Shown piece by piece: positions 61,091-64,000 of a stretch of DNA of 64,000 nt. The notes beneath the pieces are model-generated. The model searched no databases, had not been told where the DNA came from, and was given only the letters and a program-made list of their open reading frames with translations. A program made the position numbers and the translations under genes. The stretch lies in NCBI RefSeq assembly GCF_009914755.1, contig NC_060936.1. One strand, 5' to 3'. Position 1 is the first letter of the stretch. Each line of letters opens with the position of its first letter. The stretch comes from the human T2T-CHM13v2.0 reference genome, Homo sapiens.

Positions 61091-62213
61091 TGTATTATCA
61101 TTTTATATAAAACTAGATTCTGTTATCTAAGGTTGTATTGAGTGTAATCATAACTATATTAGTAAAAAATATTGGTACATATTTTCTTTTCTTATGAATC
61201 CTCTTCAGGTTTTTTGTATCAAGGGTTTGATGGCTTCATAAAATGAGTTGGAAGTTGGCCTATTTTTCTATTCTTTGGAAGCACATGTAAGATTGGTGTT
61301 ATGTCTTCTTTAAATAGTAGAAAGAATTAATCAGTAAAATCATCTACACCTGGAGATTTTATGAGAAGATTATTTTTTATAACGGATTTGATTTATTTAA
61401 TTGATATAGGACTATACAGATGTTCCACTCCTTTTGAGTCAGTTTTGGTAATGTGTACACTATATCTAAGTTAATAAATCTATTGGCATAAAGTTGTTAA
61501 TAATCTCCTCTTATCCATTTGATGTACTTGAGATCTGTAGGGATGCCCCCTTATATTGGTCGTTTGTGTTACCTTCCTCTTGCTATTTATTAATTTTATT
61601 AATATTTTCAAAAAGTCAAAGAGAAAACCTTGTTGACTTTTCTGTTTTATTGATTTCACCATTTGTTTTTATTACTTTTATCCTTCTACTTTCTTTGAAA
61701 TTATTTTGCTTTCCTTTCTCCAGATTCTTGAGTTAGAAGTATAGATCATTAATTTTAAATCTTTCTTCTTTTCTAATATTTACATGTAAAGCAATATATA
61801 TCCCTCTAAGCATTGTATGTGGTGCATGCCACACATTCTGATATGCTGTGCTTTTATTATTTTTCTAGTTATCTTTCATTCTCATTCCATAAGTTAATTC
61901 CATGTTGGCCATAGGAGATACTTTTTATGATTTCAATTCTTTGAAATTTGTAGAAACCTACTTTATGGCTCAGAATACATTTCAAAATAATGTATTGTTT
62001 TGTATTTATTTCTGTAGTTGTTGAATGTAATGTTCTGTATCTGTTAATTAAGTCCAGTTGGTTAATTGTTTTGTTCAAAGCTTTTATATTGTTACTGATT
62101 TAGTTTGTCTGTTTTATCATCTCTTGAGATAGTGTCAAGAACAGCGAAGGGCTGACATTTTATTCTATTCTACTCATAATATAGCAAGTAACCTGCCACA
62201 GTTTCATCAATCC

Positions 62214-62598
62214 TGCATTAATTGTGAGGAGTGCCATAATGGAATATTACAGACTGGTGGCTTAAACAATATACATATATTTTCTCAAAGTTCTGTAAGC
62301 TAGAAATCCAAGATCAAGGTGCTGGCAGGGTTAGTTTTTGACTAGGCCTCTCTTCCTGGCTTGTAGACAAATGCCTTATTACGGTGTCCTCACATGGACT
62401 TTTCTCTGTGCCTGCACTCTCCTGGTGTCTCTTTCTATTCTTATAAGGAACACCAGTCCTGTTGGATTAGAGCTCCACCCTTATAACATTGAACCTTAAT
62501 CAGCCCCTCAAAGGCTCTATATCTAAGTATAGTCATATTGAGGGTTAAGGCTTTAATATATCAATTTGAGGGGAGAGGGCACAATTTAGTCCATAATA
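62214..62598 (-). mobile_element. MLT1A-type MaLR solo LTR
   Basis: GGTGGCTTAAACAA...CCAAGATCAAGGTGCTGGCAGGGTT...GTCCTCACATGG...TTCTTATAAGG...TTTAGTCCATAA. Confidence 0.85.
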
Positions 62599-62970
62599 GA
62601 TGCTGGCAGAAGACATGAGACTTCTGTATTAGAGGCAAAGGACTTTATTACTCATGGAACAGAAGGCAGGAAGGTTTCCCAGTTCCTTCAAGCCCCATAA
62701 GTGTGACACAGGTGGGCCTAGATTGATCCTGCACATTTTATAGGTTTGTTTCACAACCCACAAAAGTGACTCTTGGATTAGGAAATCCCAATATTTTATA
62801 AATATCTGCAAGCAACCCTGTCCAACCTTTGCCACAGAGGGAGATAGTATTCTTATGATACTGTACAGCAAACAAATCTGCCTCCTGCTCCACTTTCAAA
62901 AATCCTTGGAAGATAGCCTGAGATAAAAGTCTGTGAGTGACTCTGCTCATAAAATGTGCAGACCAATGGA

Positions 62971-63124
62971 CAAGGCTGGCTTCACAGGTATGCCATGCCT
63001 AGAAGGTGCCTATGCTTGGTGTAATGCTCTTCTGTCACTGGTTTCAAATTATTAATAAGTTATAAGTAATAGAGCCCTCATTTTCATTTTTCACTGGGTT
63101 CCACAAATTATGTAGCTCATCTTG
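62971..63124 (+). mobile_element. MER45A-like hAT-Tip100 MITE
   Basis: CAAGGCTGGCTTCA...CTTGGTGTAATGCTCT...CATTTTCATTTTTCACTGGG..CCACAAATTATGTAGC. Confidence 0.75.
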
Positions 63125-64000
63125 TCTCTGGAGAATAAGAATGTGTTACATTCTTATTCCTATTAACACATAAGAATGTGTTATCCCAAAAGATAGTTGT
63201 GTTAATGTCTTCAATTGTGATGATAAATTGTTTTTATTTTAGTTCTGTAAATTTTGGTTTTGAATATTTTGAAGCTACATCATTAAAAGAATAGAATTTG
63301 AGATCACTTTACATTCTGTTGCCATGAATCTTTTGTCATTATAAAATATTTCACTTTTTGCCTCATAATACTCTTTAGCCTACTTTGTGTGATTTAATAT
63401 AGCCACGAAGACTTTATTTTTCTTAGTGTTTTCATTTTGTAACTTTTCTTATCCTTTTCTATAAATCTTTGTGTTTTTTTGAATGTAAGATGTTTCTTGT
63501 GAACAGCATATAATTGGATGTTGTTTATATATCCAGTCAGACAATCTCTAACTTTTAAATGAAATATTTAGTTGATTTTAATTTAATGTAATTGCTGGTA
63601 TAGTTAGGTTTAAATATACCATATTATTTTTTGTTTCCCATATGCCTTATCTACTCTTTGTACCTATTTTATTTTTTGTTTTCTTTTATATTGAGCTATT
63701 TTTAATATTTTATTTTAGTGATATATTGGCTTTGTTTGTTACATAATATACTATCTCTTTTTAGTGGTTATCCTGGAAATCAAGCAATCCATCCTTTATT
63801 TATTACTATCTAACTTATGTTAGTATTTTTACCAAAATCAAAACATTGAAAGATCTTTAAATGTTTAATTTATTTTGATCTCCTATCATTTTGCTCTGTT
63901 TTCACATAGTTTGTACCTATACTTATTATAAACCCTTCAAGAAGTTATTATATCTTTTTCCGCAATCAGTTTTTTACATATACCTTTTTATTTTCCAGAG

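Larger units (their letters stand above)
62133..63191 (-). mobile_element. ERVL-type solo LTR (MER76/77-like, subfamily uncertain) hosting MLT1A and MER45A
   Basis: TGTCAAGAAC...CCTGCCACAGTTTCAT | GATGCTGGCAGAAGACATGAGAC...CTTTATT. 5-bp TSD GATAG at 62128-62132 and 63192-63196. Confidence 0.7.
56040..64000 (-). mobile_element. Old L1M-type element (ORF2 region) hosting several nested insertions; runs off the window end
   Basis: Collinear reverse ORF2 remnants at ~56040-56365, 56770-57098, 61091-62132 and 63197-64000 (e.g. LNKTINQLDLINRYRTLHSTT). Confidence 0.75.

Overview
AT-rich primate (most likely human or great ape) non-coding DNA, intergenic or intronic. A large share is transposable-element derived: AluS/AluY, L1 of several ages (L1PA4/5-like, L1PA7/8-like, L1PB1, L1MA3-like, old L1M/L1ME, HAL1), ERV1/ERVL/MaLR solo LTRs, DNA transposons (Charlie1/MER33-like, MER5A, MER53, MER45A, Tigger2), MIR, L2 and microsatellites. 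I recognise no host protein-coding gene, tRNA, rRNA or CRISPR array. Nearly all long ORFs in the track are broken L1 ORF1/ORF2 pieces or Alu read-through. I do not see a convincing new biological system. Observations worth following up: (i) well-formed candidate splice units in unique DNA, including two frame-preserving, phase-compatible minus-strand exons (19509-19553 and 3908-4078), plus a CpG-enriched promoter/enhancer-like island near 44.3 kb; (ii) several fold-back or templated-insertion scars resembling synthesis-dependent end joining; (iii) atypical retrotransposition products (trimeric AluSx/AluY, 3'-truncated Alu and L1 copies, microhomology deletions); (iv) multi-level nested insertions with readable target-site duplications (TSDs). 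Subfamily names come from recalled consensus sequences, not a database run. Boundaries of old elements are approximate.
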